From: an uncultured virus (IMG/VR IMGVR_UViG_3300037634_004692)
Taxonomy: Duplodnaviria; Heunggongvirae; Uroviricota; Caudoviricetes
Direction: 5' to 3' (one strand)
IMG/VR virus record: IMGVR_UViG_3300037634_004692
DNA: 60,151 nucleotides
Shown: positions 39,383-47,773 of the stretch, piece after piece
Layout of the letters: every line of letters begins with the position of its first letter
Position numbering within the stretch: position 1 is the stretch's first letter
Notes under the pieces: generated by a model
The model's database searches: none
Told to the model about the DNA's origin: nothing
What the model saw: the letters and a program-made list of their open reading frames with translations, nothing else
Program-made: the position numbers and the translations under genes

Positions 39383-39922
39383 ATGACTACGCATGCTATG
39401 ATAGACATTGAAACCTTGGGAACAACACCTGATACAGCCGTATTAACTATTGGTGGAGTTAAATTCAACCCAAATGCAGTTAATACAAGTTATGATCACT
39501 TTTACTATCGTTTTGAAATTGATGAGCAACTTGCGCAAGGACGGACTACTGATGAGCGCACCCTCGAGTGGTGGGGTAAACAAGACAACGCAGTTCGTGA
39601 AGAAGCACTGGGTGATGGAAATAGAACACCAGTGTTAGAAGTACTGCAAGCACTGAACAAGTGGTGTGTGGGTATTGATACTATTTGGTGTCAAGGACCG
39701 AGTTTTGATATTGTTATATTAGAAAATATGTATAGGCAATACAATCATCATATCCCGTGGCCTTTTTGGAAAATTAAAGATAGTAGAACATTATTTGGAA
39801 TTATGCCAAAAGATCCACGAAAAGAAATTACATTTGATGCGCATAACGCATTAGAAGACTGTAAGGTTCAGGCACGATGCGTACAAACAACTTTACAAAA
39901 ATTAGAATTAGAGATACGTTAA
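39383..39922 (+). CDS. DEDDh 3'-5' exonuclease
   Basis: MIDIETLG; FD..IL; DSRT; HNALED. Confidence 0.85.
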   Translation: MTTHAMIDIETLGTTPDTAVLTIGGVKFNPNAVNTSYDHFYYRFEIDEQLAQGRTTDERTLEWWGKQDNAVREEALGDGNRTPVLEVLQALNKWCVGIDTIWCQGPSFDIVILENMYRQYNHHIPWPFWKIKDSRTLFGIMPKDPRKEITFDAHNALEDCKVQARCVQTTLQKLELEIR

Positions 39923-39923
39923 A

Positions 39924-40079
39924 ATGATGGAAAAAAGAGAACCTATTAGTCTTTTTGCTCAAATTAAACAATTAGAAGCTCGTGTAATAGCATTGAGTGA
40001 GGTAGTAGCTACCCAAGATGCTACCATTAAACTTTTAGAAGCAGAAGTTAATAGTTTAACTGAATCAGTTAATAATTAA
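39924..40079 (+). CDS. Small coiled-coil hypothetical protein (51 aa)
   Basis: Read manually; fills the gap between the exonuclease and guaC. Confidence 0.55.
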   Translation: MMEKREPISLFAQIKQLEARVIALSEVVATQDATIKLLEAEVNSLTESVNN

Positions 40080-40094
40080 ATAAAAGGCATATAA

Positions 40095-41240
40095 ATGCAC
40101 ATAGAACATGATATTAAATTAGACTACTCAGATGTATTAATTAGACCCAAACGCAGTACATTGGGTTCACGTAAAGAAGTTGGATTGTCGCGTAATTTTT
40201 CGTTTCGTAACTATGAATCAAAATTTAATATTGGCAAACCAAACTTTGTTGGTATACCTATAATGGCATCCAATATGGATGGTGTTGGTACATTTGAAAT
40301 GGGTGACACCCTTTCCAAAGAGCACATATTTACATGCCTTGTTAAAACATATAGTGCTAAAGAATTGATAAATTACTTCAATGAAGACTTATTTAATCGT
40401 ATAGAATTTGTTGCAATGAGCATTGGAATTGGCAAGGCAGATTACACTAAGTTTGAAAATGTCTATAAACGTACCCAGGGTGAACTAAAATATGTATGTG
40501 TTGATGTTGCAAATGGATATAGTGAATATTTTGTAGATTTTATTCGTAAATTAAGAACAAATTATCCCAATATTGTAATAATTGCAGGGAATGTGGTTAC
40601 CGCTGACCAAACACAGGAGTTAATTTTAAGTGGAGCAGATATTATTAAAGTTGGGATTGGCCCTGGTAGCGTATGTACTACTCGTATTCAGACTGGTGTC
40701 GGTTATCCGCAATTGTCAGCAGTCATCGAGTGTGCCGATGCGGCACATGGTCTTGGTGGACATATTATTGCTGATGGTGGCTGTACTTGCCCTGGTGATG
40801 TGGCCAAAGCCTTTGCTGGCGGTGCTGATTTTGTTATGCTTGGTGGTATGTTGGCTGGTCACGATGAAGGTGGCGGCCAAGTAATTACAAAGTTCTATGA
40901 AACTAATGAATTAGAATACGAAGTTGGCGAGCATTTAAATAGCCGCAAACATAAAGTAGAAGAAAAGCAGTTTGTACAATTCTACGGTATGAGTAGTGAT
41001 GCAGCAAACACAAAGCATTTTGGGGGACTGAAAGACTATCGTGCCAGCGAGGGTCGTGAAGTGTTAGTTCCATATCGTGGTGTAGTAAACGATACCGTAC
41101 AAACCATTTTAGGCGGCATTCGTAGCACATGCACATATGCTGGCGCCAAAACATTAAAACAATTGCCAAAATGCTGTACATTTGTAAAAGTTAATAATCA
41201 ATACAATTGCACTTACGAAAGCACAACAACAAAGATGTAA
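40095..41240 (+). CDS. guaC: GMP reductase
   Basis: KLDYSDVLIRPKRSTL.SR; DVANGYSE; KVGIGPGSVCTTR; FYGMSS; YRASEG. Confidence 0.95.
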   Translation: MHIEHDIKLDYSDVLIRPKRSTLGSRKEVGLSRNFSFRNYESKFNIGKPNFVGIPIMASNMDGVGTFEMGDTLSKEHIFTCLVKTYSAKELINYFNEDLFNRIEFVAMSIGIGKADYTKFENVYKRTQGELKYVCVDVANGYSEYFVDFIRKLRTNYPNIVIIAGNVVTADQTQELILSGADIIKVGIGPGSVCTTRIQTGVGYPQLSAVIECADAAHGLGGHIIADGGCTCPGDVAKAFAGGADFVMLGGMLAGHDEGGGQVITKFYETNELEYEVGEHLNSRKHKVEEKQFVQFYGMSSDAANTKHFGGLKDYRASEGREVLVPYRGVVNDTVQTILGGIRSTCTYAGAKTLKQLPKCCTFVKVNNQYNCTYESTTTKM

Positions 41241-41300
41241 CATCTATATTACAAACGACAATGGCGTTATAATCATCATTGTCGTTTTTTTATGAGTGAT

Positions 41301-41366
41301 ATGCACGACACGCATAACGAGTATACATCAAACGCAGTAGTAAAATGTCAGAAAAAGCGTTATAAT
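41301..41366 (+). promoter_or_regulatory. LysR-type operator pair and promoter
   Basis: ATGC-N7-GCAT at 41301-41315; degenerate ATAC-N7-GCAG 22 bp downstream; TATAAT at 41361 with a poor -35. Confidence 0.55.
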
Positions 41367-41390
41367 ACTAAAGTATTAAATAAATACAAA

Positions 41391-41493
41391 TGTACAAAGA
41401 CAACCATTGTTGTATTGTACGGCATAATACATGCCTAAAAAGTATTGGAGCCGGTGGACAGAACCGGGGAATGCTTAACCTAATTAAGCGTCC
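41391..41493 (+). ncRNA. Candidate structured leader RNA (four hairpins)
   Basis: GTACAA..ACAAC/GTTGT..TTGTAC; GGCAT/ATGCC; CCGGT/ACCGG; GGAATGCTTAA/TTAAGCGTCC. Confidence 0.45.
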
Positions 41494-41515
41494 ATATAAA
41501 CAAAGGAGATTTATA

Positions 41516-41701
41516 ATGTTCAAAAGACTAAAAAATTCTATGTTTGGGCGCAAATCAGTGTCTGGATATAGTAACAAGCGAAACAACGCACAGCTACAAG
41601 AGCTAGCTAAAACAGAATTTGGAAAGGATTGGCAGTATGCATATTACCATATGCTACAAACTGGAAACATGCCAAAGAATACAGGAGACGTAGTACGATG
41701 A
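41516..41701 (+). CDS. Small hypothetical protein (61 aa)
   Basis: AAGGAG RBS before ATG 41516. Confidence 0.65.
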   Translation: MFKRLKNSMFGRKSVSGYSNKRNNAQLQELAKTEFGKDWQYAYYHMLQTGNMPKNTGDVVR

Positions 41702-41889
41702 AAACAAAAGCTATGTTAACCAAACTGTTGAATGGGTTTAAACTAAATTCAATGACATTAGAAGAAAAATATTTGGCAAATTCTACTGATTTAGTAGATT
41801 TAGAACAACGCCAGAAGAACATACAACGCGGAACAGCACCGTTTCAGCAAAGTATGCACAGTATACACAACATCAGGAAAGTATTATGA
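41698..41889 (+). CDS. DUF3563-like small protein (63 aa)
   Basis: EEKYLANSTDLVDLEQRQK motif; AGGAG RBS; ATGA overlap. Confidence 0.65.
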   Translation: MKTKAMLTKLLNGFKLNSMTLEEKYLANSTDLVDLEQRQKNIQRGTAPFQQSMHSIHNIRKVL

Positions 41890-42032
41890 GATTAAGAACA
41901 CGCAGACTTGCAAAACTATATTGGTTACGTTTTTTACGAGCTAGCGAGCGATCCGGAAAAATCCGCGCCGCCCGTCGATTAAATCGTTTAGGTTGGGATT
42001 ATGATTCAATTAAAACAAAATGTGACAAATAA
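41886..42032 (+). CDS. Small Arg-rich protein (48 aa)
   Basis: Read manually (MRLRTRRLAKLYWLRFLRASERSGKIRAARRLNRLGW...); ATGA overlap; AGGA RBS. Confidence 0.55.
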   Translation: MRLRTRRLAKLYWLRFLRASERSGKIRAARRLNRLGWDYDSIKTKCDK

Positions 42033-42048
42033 TAATTAATATTTTAAT

Positions 42049-42077
42049 TAAAAAAAGGGGCTTAAAGCCCCTTTTTT
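42049..42077. terminator. Bidirectional terminator between convergent units
   Basis: AAAAAAAGGGGCT-TAA-AGCCCCTTTTTT. Confidence 0.85.
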
Positions 42078-42351
42078 AATATGTGATTCCAGTATCATCA
42101 AAATATCCTTCAATTATATTTTGTACAATGGTAGGATGGCAATGAATATATTCACGATTTACTCTAACAGTATCTTTTAATAAATCGAGAATACGGCGTT
42201 CATGTATCTTATCTGGTATATTGTATAATTTTTTAAAATAACAGTCTGGCGCTGCGGTGCGATATGCTTTGATTCTCTGTTCAGGATTTTTAGTAATACC
42301 TACTTTACAATAATCGGTCTTATGTGGATCTATTAGAATATAATATTTCAT
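42076..42351 (-). CDS. GIY-YIG / T5orf172-like nuclease-fold protein
   Basis: YYILI......CKVGITKNPEQRI..Y.T..P; REY. Confidence 0.7.
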   Translation of the reverse strand: MKYYILIDPHKTDYCKVGITKNPEQRIKAYRTAAPDCYFKKLYNIPDKIHERRILDLLKDTVRVNREYIHCHPTIVQNIIEGYFDDTGITY

Positions 42352-42484
42352 TTAATCACTTACAATATTTTTCATAGGCTTTTTCTAATCCGTTAACAAT
42401 TTCATCACCGTCTGCGTCGTATTTCATTGCACGATTTGGTCCGCTTAAATTGGGGTCTTTATGTGGATGTTCATATGTCATAAC

Positions 42485-43180
42485 TTATTTTGTCCTTTTT
42501 TGATTAATCCATTTTTTAGCAATATGTGATGTAGGAGGTGCCGATATAAATTTCCTTATTTGTTTTTCAGCAACATCAAAATTTGCTTTGCGGTCTGGAT
42601 CTTCCAATCCACCGCTATTATCTATAATATGAAAATTTTGATTACCAAATAGTTGTTGGAATTTCATAATATTTTGCTGAACTTGGTGCCACATTTTACT
42701 GACCATTGCCTTAGGTACTTGGCGTGGTCGCATTGTATTTCGTTCCTGAGCAACATCTTCACTAGTGTTAACGAATAGCATTGCTACTTCATATCCTAAT
42801 GATTTTAATGCATCAGCATCTTTTTTAACTTTGGCTAAATCTTTACCAGTACCATCAATTATAACACCAAGACGTCCGTCAAGATAATGGCCACGCCTTT
42901 TTGATGTTAATGCTTTGGCACGATCACGGACTGATTGCCCAGTGTCACTACCAACCACATCAGGATCTGACAGATCCATGTCATGTTTTTGTGCCAAATA
43001 TTCATATATTTCATCACTATTAATAGATTTTAAGCCATAACCGGTTAATAATTTATCAGCTATGTAGCTCTTGCCAGAACCAGGCCCACCAGCTAGAAAT
43101 ATTGCCTTAAAGATATGAGGATCATGTGGCCCTTCTTCAATCTGTTGTTCATGTTGTTCAAATAATTTATATAGTCTCAT
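42485..43180 (-). CDS. P-loop kinase-fold protein (AAA_33/zeta-like)
   Basis: AIFLAGGPGSGKS; INSD; IIDGTG; RN..R.R. Confidence 0.8.
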   Translation of the reverse strand: MRLYKLFEQHEQQIEEGPHDPHIFKAIFLAGGPGSGKSYIADKLLTGYGLKSINSDEIYEYLAQKHDMDLSDPDVVGSDTGQSVRDRAKALTSKRRGHYLDGRLGVIIDGTGKDLAKVKKDADALKSLGYEVAMLFVNTSEDVAQERNTMRPRQVPKAMVSKMWHQVQQNIMKFQQLFGNQNFHIIDNSGGLEDPDRKANFDVAEKQIRKFISAPPTSHIAKKWINQKRTK

Positions 43181-43229
43181 ATTATTATTTATCTTTTTTT
43201 AAAAAATCAATATCATCAGCTTGATACCG

Positions 43230-44012
43230 TCACGGCTTGCTATTTGCTTTGATACGCTGAACTTGCTCATTAACTCTATCTCGGTAATGTTTACTGAAAT
43301 GGTCATAAAAACCATCAAATGGTTGAAATTTAACTAATGCACGTATACGTGACCTAATTCGATCCCATAGACGGCCATACCAGGTATATTGTACAAATAA
43401 GCCTTTATAGTTTACATAAAATAATTTACCTACATGTCTGAACCATAATGGTGGCGGTATTCTGGTAACAGCATCGTTATTATTGACAATTCGATATGCT
43501 TCAATGTCGTCGAATTGCTTTGTCCAGTTTTTATCTCCAACTCTTGGAGACCCAAAGGTATACAAACAAACATTTTTATATCCTTTCTCGATAAGTCTAG
43601 TAATAAATATAGTTGCCGCAGCCCCACCTAAACTATGCCCAGTAACAATTATTCGTTTTTTTGATTCTAATATACTGTATTGTTCTAGCCATTTGAATAA
43701 TTGAACTTCTAAATTGTCAACATATGATTTAAATCCATAGTGTACTTCACCAACTGTATCACTATCAGTTTGCCAAGATTTCAGATCAACCATCACTGAT
43801 GATATATCATCAGTTCCACGGAATGCAATAACATAGTCAAGATCTGTTGTTTTAAGACAAGTTGCTTCAGCCGATGCTGAACTAAATTCAGCATATTCGT
43901 CGACATTATATAAATATTTTCTTATATGTTTTCGTGCTTCTAGCTCTGTGACATACGATGCCATACATGCATCGGCACATAAAAGAGCATCTTTCCAATT
44001 AATTTCTTTCAT
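43230..44012 (-). CDS. Class 3 lipase (alpha/beta hydrolase)
   Basis: IAFRGT; VHYGF; TGHSLGGA; YTFGSPRVG; RIVNNNDAVTRIP; DH. Confidence 0.9.
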   Translation of the reverse strand: MKEINWKDALLCADACMASYVTELEARKHIRKYLYNVDEYAEFSSASAEATCLKTTDLDYVIAFRGTDDISSVMVDLKSWQTDSDTVGEVHYGFKSYVDNLEVQLFKWLEQYSILESKKRIIVTGHSLGGAAATIFITRLIEKGYKNVCLYTFGSPRVGDKNWTKQFDDIEAYRIVNNNDAVTRIPPPLWFRHVGKLFYVNYKGLFVQYTWYGRLWDRIRSRIRALVKFQPFDGFYDHFSKHYRDRVNEQVQRIKANSKP

Positions 44013-44141
44013 TAAGTAGTCTCTAATTATTTGTCAAATCATTAAACTATTAGTTTAACTATTTGTATTTATTTAATGACACCGTAATTTATATTCAACC
44101 CATGCTATTGTGTTATATATTTCTTATAAACAATGTGGCGT

Positions 44142-44423
44142 TTAAATCTTATTTTTATATTTGTCCGGCAAATATTCATATAAGTAATTCCATAATTCGT
44201 TAAGATCTTGCAAATCCAATTTGTCAAAATCTGGTAATTCCATACCTCTGATATCATCTTCTATAAAAATTAATATCTCTAGCTTGTCAATACTATCAAT
44301 ATTTAATGTATCAAATCTCAGTCCATTTTTAATATCATCTTCAGTTAAATCAATGTTTTGTAATTTTTTTGCTATTTTGATAATTGTCTTTGTTATTACG
44401 TCCATGTTAAAATAAACTCCCAA
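44142..44423 (-). CDS. Acyl carrier protein-like (start may be ATG 44406)
   Basis: LNIDSIDKLEILIFIED phosphopantetheine-site-like motif; small and acidic. Confidence 0.7.
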   Translation of the reverse strand: MGVYFNMDVITKTIIKIAKKLQNIDLTEDDIKNGLRFDTLNIDSIDKLEILIFIEDDIRGMELPDFDKLDLQDLNELWNYLYEYLPDKYKNKI

Positions 44424-44500
44424 TGTTGTGTTAAAATAATATTTATGCCAGATCAGGGGTGATTTATAGTATTATATAAATATACATTGGAGGTACAGAA

Positions 44501-44725
44501 ATGTATGTATGGATAGTATCAATTGTTATTCAAGGAATCCTTATCACTGAGGTTGGCCCTTATACTGATTATAGCGTTTGTCAAGAAATGAAGAATGTAA
44601 TTGAAAACGATATAGATCGTGCCTACAAGATCAACCACCCAGACGGTTATGATGGATCGAAATGGGGACTATCAGATAGTGTCCATCAATCTGACTATGC
44701 AATAACATGTGATCTTAGACGCTAA
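44501..44725 (+). CDS. Hypothetical protein
   Basis: GGAGG RBS; TATAAATA upstream. Confidence 0.6.
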   Translation: MYVWIVSIVIQGILITEVGPYTDYSVCQEMKNVIENDIDRAYKINHPDGYDGSKWGLSDSVHQSDYAITCDLRR

Positions 44726-44815
44726 ATTTATGTGTTATAAATAAGCAAAAATATAACATTAGTATAAATACAATATAGAAAATAAATCATTTCTTGATTT
44801 ATTTCTAAAAAGTCA

Positions 44816-44853
44816 TTGACTTTATTCATTATTCTGTTAAAATAATATAAATA
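44816..44853 (+). promoter_or_regulatory. Candidate tmRNA promoters
   Basis: TTGACT-16 bp-TAAAAT followed by TATAAATA. Confidence 0.55.
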
Positions 44854-44926
44854 GATTGTTAGCGTTGAAGCAACGTGGACACATGCTGGACCTGGGGGCA
44901 GTACCCAGCAGCTCCACCATAAACAT

Positions 44927-45039
44927 ACTTCACACCCATAAAAGTTTTTTATGAGTACACTCTGCTATGTGCATAGCATTAAGCAACAGATCTGATAAAC
45001 TGGGAGTGTATTCATAAAAAACTTTTATGGGTGTGAAGT
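44927..45039. repeat. 36-bp inverted repeat within the tmRNA intervening segment
   Basis: 44927-44962 is the reverse complement of 45004-45039 apart from one G.T pair. Confidence 0.92.
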
Positions 45040-45102
45040 GTTACAGTAGCACGGCGGTCTCCAAAACCGCAAGCCAGGGTTCGACTCCCTGCACCGATGC
45101 CA
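45027..45102 (+). tRNA. tRNA-Trp(CCA) nested in the tmRNA intervening segment, imperfect acceptor stem
   Basis: GCGGT-CTCCAAA-ACCGC anticodon arm; CAGGG-TTCGACT-CCCTG T arm; G-CCA end; ATGGGTG/CACCGAT has a G.G mismatch. Confidence 0.75.
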
Positions 45103-45383
45103 AGAGAGTGTGTTTATGATGGGGCTGAAATAGGATCGACAGGTGTGAAAGCTGACGTGGAGTTAACCGGGTGACTTCGTTATTGGTCAAACTTTATAAT
45201 TGCAAATAACAATTATGCGCCAGAAATGGCTTTAGCGGCTTAATATAAAAGCACGTAGGGGTTGGCAACTAACCTGGCAACAGAATTAGTTGCAACCATA
45301 TCACTTAAAAGTTGATGTGGATAGGGAGATGATTTTATAAAATTGTCTTATTCATTAATTTTAATACAAGGAAAAAATAGAAA

Positions 45384-45770
45384 ATGAAAACATTATTACT
45401 AGCCGCAGGTTTTATGGCTTTTGCAACAACATCACATGCAGCAGACGCTGTATCATCAACAGCAAATGGTTTTGCATTTGGCGGAGATGTAACTGCCCAA
45501 CATAACGTAGATAAAGATATCAATACAATTGTATTAACTCCAGAAGTTGTATATACACATGGCTTGTTGGAAACAACCGCTAGTTCAGATTTGGTGGTAT
45601 ATAACGATGGTTTTGGTGCTTTAGAAGATACCGTGCATGCGTGGCCTACTGTAGACATCAAATTGTCCTATGCTGCCCAAGACAATGTCGAATTGTATGT
45701 GCAAACTGGTTATAATTTCGATACTGGATCACGTAAAGATGCTTTAATTGGACTGACTTGGTCGTTCTAA
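45384..45770 (+). CDS. Small outer-membrane beta-barrel-like protein
   Basis: Signal peptide MKTLLLAAGFMAFATTSHA; amphipathic strands; C-terminal LIGLTWSF. Confidence 0.7.
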   Translation: MKTLLLAAGFMAFATTSHAADAVSSTANGFAFGGDVTAQHNVDKDINTIVLTPEVVYTHGLLETTASSDLVVYNDGFGALEDTVHAWPTVDIKLSYAAQDNVELYVQTGYNFDTGSRKDALIGLTWSF

Positions 45771-45780
45771 TTTAATTATC

Positions 45781-45909
45781 TAATTGTAAGGTGTGGCGTC
45801 CTCCCTTACAATTATTAACCGGATAGAAGATGCCAGTGGATTAAAATACACTTTAAACTAAGAACGGATATAATCCATATCTACGGGGGCAGTAACTATT
45901 ATTGCCCCC
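45781..45909 (+). ncRNA. Candidate small RNA with an anti-SD-like loop and terminal hairpin
   Basis: TAATTGTAAGG-TGTGGCGTCCTC-CCTTACAATTA; GGGGGCAGTAA..TTATTGCCCCC. Confidence 0.3.
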
Positions 45910-46008
45910 ACTTCACCCTTTTCGTAAACTTTTAAAAACCTAAAAAAATCCATTGACAGTGCCAACAAATTACATTATAATAGTGGTAACATTATAGAGG
46001 TAAATGTC

Positions 46009-46260
46009 ATGAATATCAAGCAGGTTAAAGAAATAATTGAAGATGAAATTCAACAATCACTATTTAAAGATACTCGTGTAGTACTACTGCGTATTTTAAA
46101 ACGTATTGATAATAATGATGCCAATGAGTTATCTGAACTCAGTGCGTTGATTGAAAAATATCATCAAGATGAATTAAATCACCATAAAAAAGTTATGCAA
46201 GAAGGTGAAAAAAACAGATTGCGTGTATTTTTTGGAGCCGATAACGAAAGTGCAAAATAG
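46009..46260 (+). CDS. Hypothetical protein
   Basis: TTGACA/TATAAT promoter and GAGGT RBS upstream. Confidence 0.65.
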   Translation: MNIKQVKEIIEDEIQQSLFKDTRVVLLRILKRIDNNDANELSELSALIEKYHQDELNHHKKVMQEGEKNRLRVFFGADNESAK

Positions 46261-46372
46261 CATGCAGTATTATAATAACAGGACAATTCACAAATATGGT
46301 AGATTTATATATAGTTACATCAATCGTGGTGCTAGCTGTGATTAATGGTTATTCGTTTGGCAAGTAATAATA

Positions 46373-46449
46373 GGGCCTGTAGCTCAGTTGGTTAGAGCAG
46401 AGCGCTCATAACGCTTTGGTCGTAGGTTCGAGTCCTGCCAGGCCCACCA
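46373..46449 (+). tRNA. tRNA with CAT anticodon (probably Ile2, alternatively Met)
   Basis: Cloverleaf GGGCCTG/CAGGCCC-ACCA; loop CTCATAA; no initiator GGG/CCC anticodon stem. Confidence 0.9.
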
Positions 46450-46637
46450 AATGAAATAATGAAATAATGCTAAATACATATAGTATATAAACAAATAATT
46501 TAATTATATGCTAAATCACAATTATCGAACGGAATCTTACACGAAAGGACATTTTGATGTTTAGGTTTACATTTCATTATAAAAAAACCAAATATAGAGG
46601 GCTTATATAGCCCCTAAATTTCAAAAGGAGATTAACA

Positions 46638-46805
46638 ATGATTAAAAAATTCATTAAATCTAAATTAGAAGAACGATCAACAATGGACGGCGCTGTGCTC
46701 TTGGCTGCTGGTATTGCTTTTTTGATCTTTAAACCAATTGCAAGTTTGGTGGCATATGCTGCTATAGCTTATGGTTTGTATACCATGTGGAGAAGTGATT
46801 CTTGA
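46638..46805 (+). CDS. Small two-helix membrane protein, holin candidate (55 aa)
   Basis: Read manually; AAGGAG RBS; two hydrophobic stretches; stop overlaps the amidase start. Confidence 0.6.
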   Translation: MIKKFIKSKLEERSTMDGAVLLAAGIAFLIFKPIASLVAYAAIAYGLYTMWRSDS

Positions 46806-47665
46806 CAGAATATAGAGTCAATGACGGATTCGTTCAAACATTGGATGGCGACCAGCAATGGAAACAAGTGGATTTTTATCCTACGCCTAACCAAAGTGGA
46901 ACTATCAGACCAAAATACTTAGTCATCCACTTTACTGCTGGCAGATCAGATGCCCACGGTACAGCTAAATATTTCCAACGACCAGCTGCAAAAGCCAGTG
47001 CTCATTTAAATTTAAGTAAGGATGGTACATTAACACAGAATGTATCATTAAATAAAAAGGCATGGCATGCAGGAAAAAGTTCATGGGGTGGTGATAACAA
47101 TTTAAACAATCATAGTATTGGTATTGAAGTTTGTAATCCTGGTCCATTGGAGATAACTGCCAATGGTTATAAATCATGGTTTGGTACATATTATAACGAT
47201 CCGAGTATTATCGAAGGACCGCATCCAAATAAACCTGACGGTCAAGTTTATGGCTGGCTGCCGTTTACTGATGAACAGATTCAAGTTTTATTGAATCTAG
47301 GAAGGGTTATCATTGATGAATATAATCTATTAGAAACTGTAGGTCATGACATGATTGCTCCGTATCGAAAAACTGATCCAGGGCTTTGCATGAGTCAAAC
47401 GATTTACAGAAAGTTAAATGATCAACCAAGGTGTGATAATTCTACTGATGCAGACACTGATTGGATTTGGTATGTCAGTAATGACATCAAAGAACATTTA
47501 AACGGCAGAAGTGGTCCTGGAACTGGATATAGTGTATTAGCTAAGTTGCAGCCATGTACAATTGTAGAAGAAATTGTAGAACGCAAAGGGGTCTGGTGGC
47601 AAGTAGAAACTGGTGATGGGCTAATAGTATGGGTTCATAGTAAATTTTTGCGAACTCGCCGATAA
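46802..47665 (+). CDS. N-acetylmuramoyl-L-alanine amidase (Amidase_2) with C-terminal SH3b-like domain
   Basis: LVIHFTAG; ASAH; AWHAGKS; SIGIE; GH..IAP.RK.DPG; LNGRSGPGTGY...WVHSKFL. Confidence 0.9.
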   Translation: MTEYRVNDGFVQTLDGDQQWKQVDFYPTPNQSGTIRPKYLVIHFTAGRSDAHGTAKYFQRPAAKASAHLNLSKDGTLTQNVSLNKKAWHAGKSSWGGDNNLNNHSIGIEVCNPGPLEITANGYKSWFGTYYNDPSIIEGPHPNKPDGQVYGWLPFTDEQIQVLLNLGRVIIDEYNLLETVGHDMIAPYRKTDPGLCMSQTIYRKLNDQPRCDNSTDADTDWIWYVSNDIKEHLNGRSGPGTGYSVLAKLQPCTIVEEIVERKGVWWQVETGDGLIVWVHSKFLRTRR

Positions 47666-47773
47666 TTTCCAAGCTCTTAGAAATTGCAAAATAAAGGTAA
47701 AGAACTATGTTAACGGCGACTGGAAAGACATCAGCCAATTATACTAAATACTTCATACAGGGGAGAAATTCTA

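Larger units (their letters stand above)
44858..45298 (+). ncRNA. ssrA: Two-piece (circularly permuted) tmRNA: acceptor piece to CCA 44919, intervening segment 44920-45120, coding piece from 45121 (outer ends approximate)
   Basis: GACCTGGGGGCAGTACCCAGCAGCTCCACCA lies upstream of GGGGCTGAAATAGGATCGAC; G3.U70 pair; tag ANNNYAPEMALAA-stop at 45202-45243. Confidence 0.92.

Noticed and set aside
42076..42351. Homing endonuclease or intron
   Set aside because: Only a 91-aa nuclease-fold domain with no DNA-binding extension and no interrupted gene or intron structure nearby
42485..43180. Zeta toxin-antitoxin module
   Set aside because: Only a generic P-loop kinase signature; no recognisable antitoxin partner
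44979..45003. Second degenerate tRNA (Ile-GAT-like CTGATAA loop) inside the hairpin loop
   Set aside because: Stem is imperfect and no T arm or acceptor stem is present
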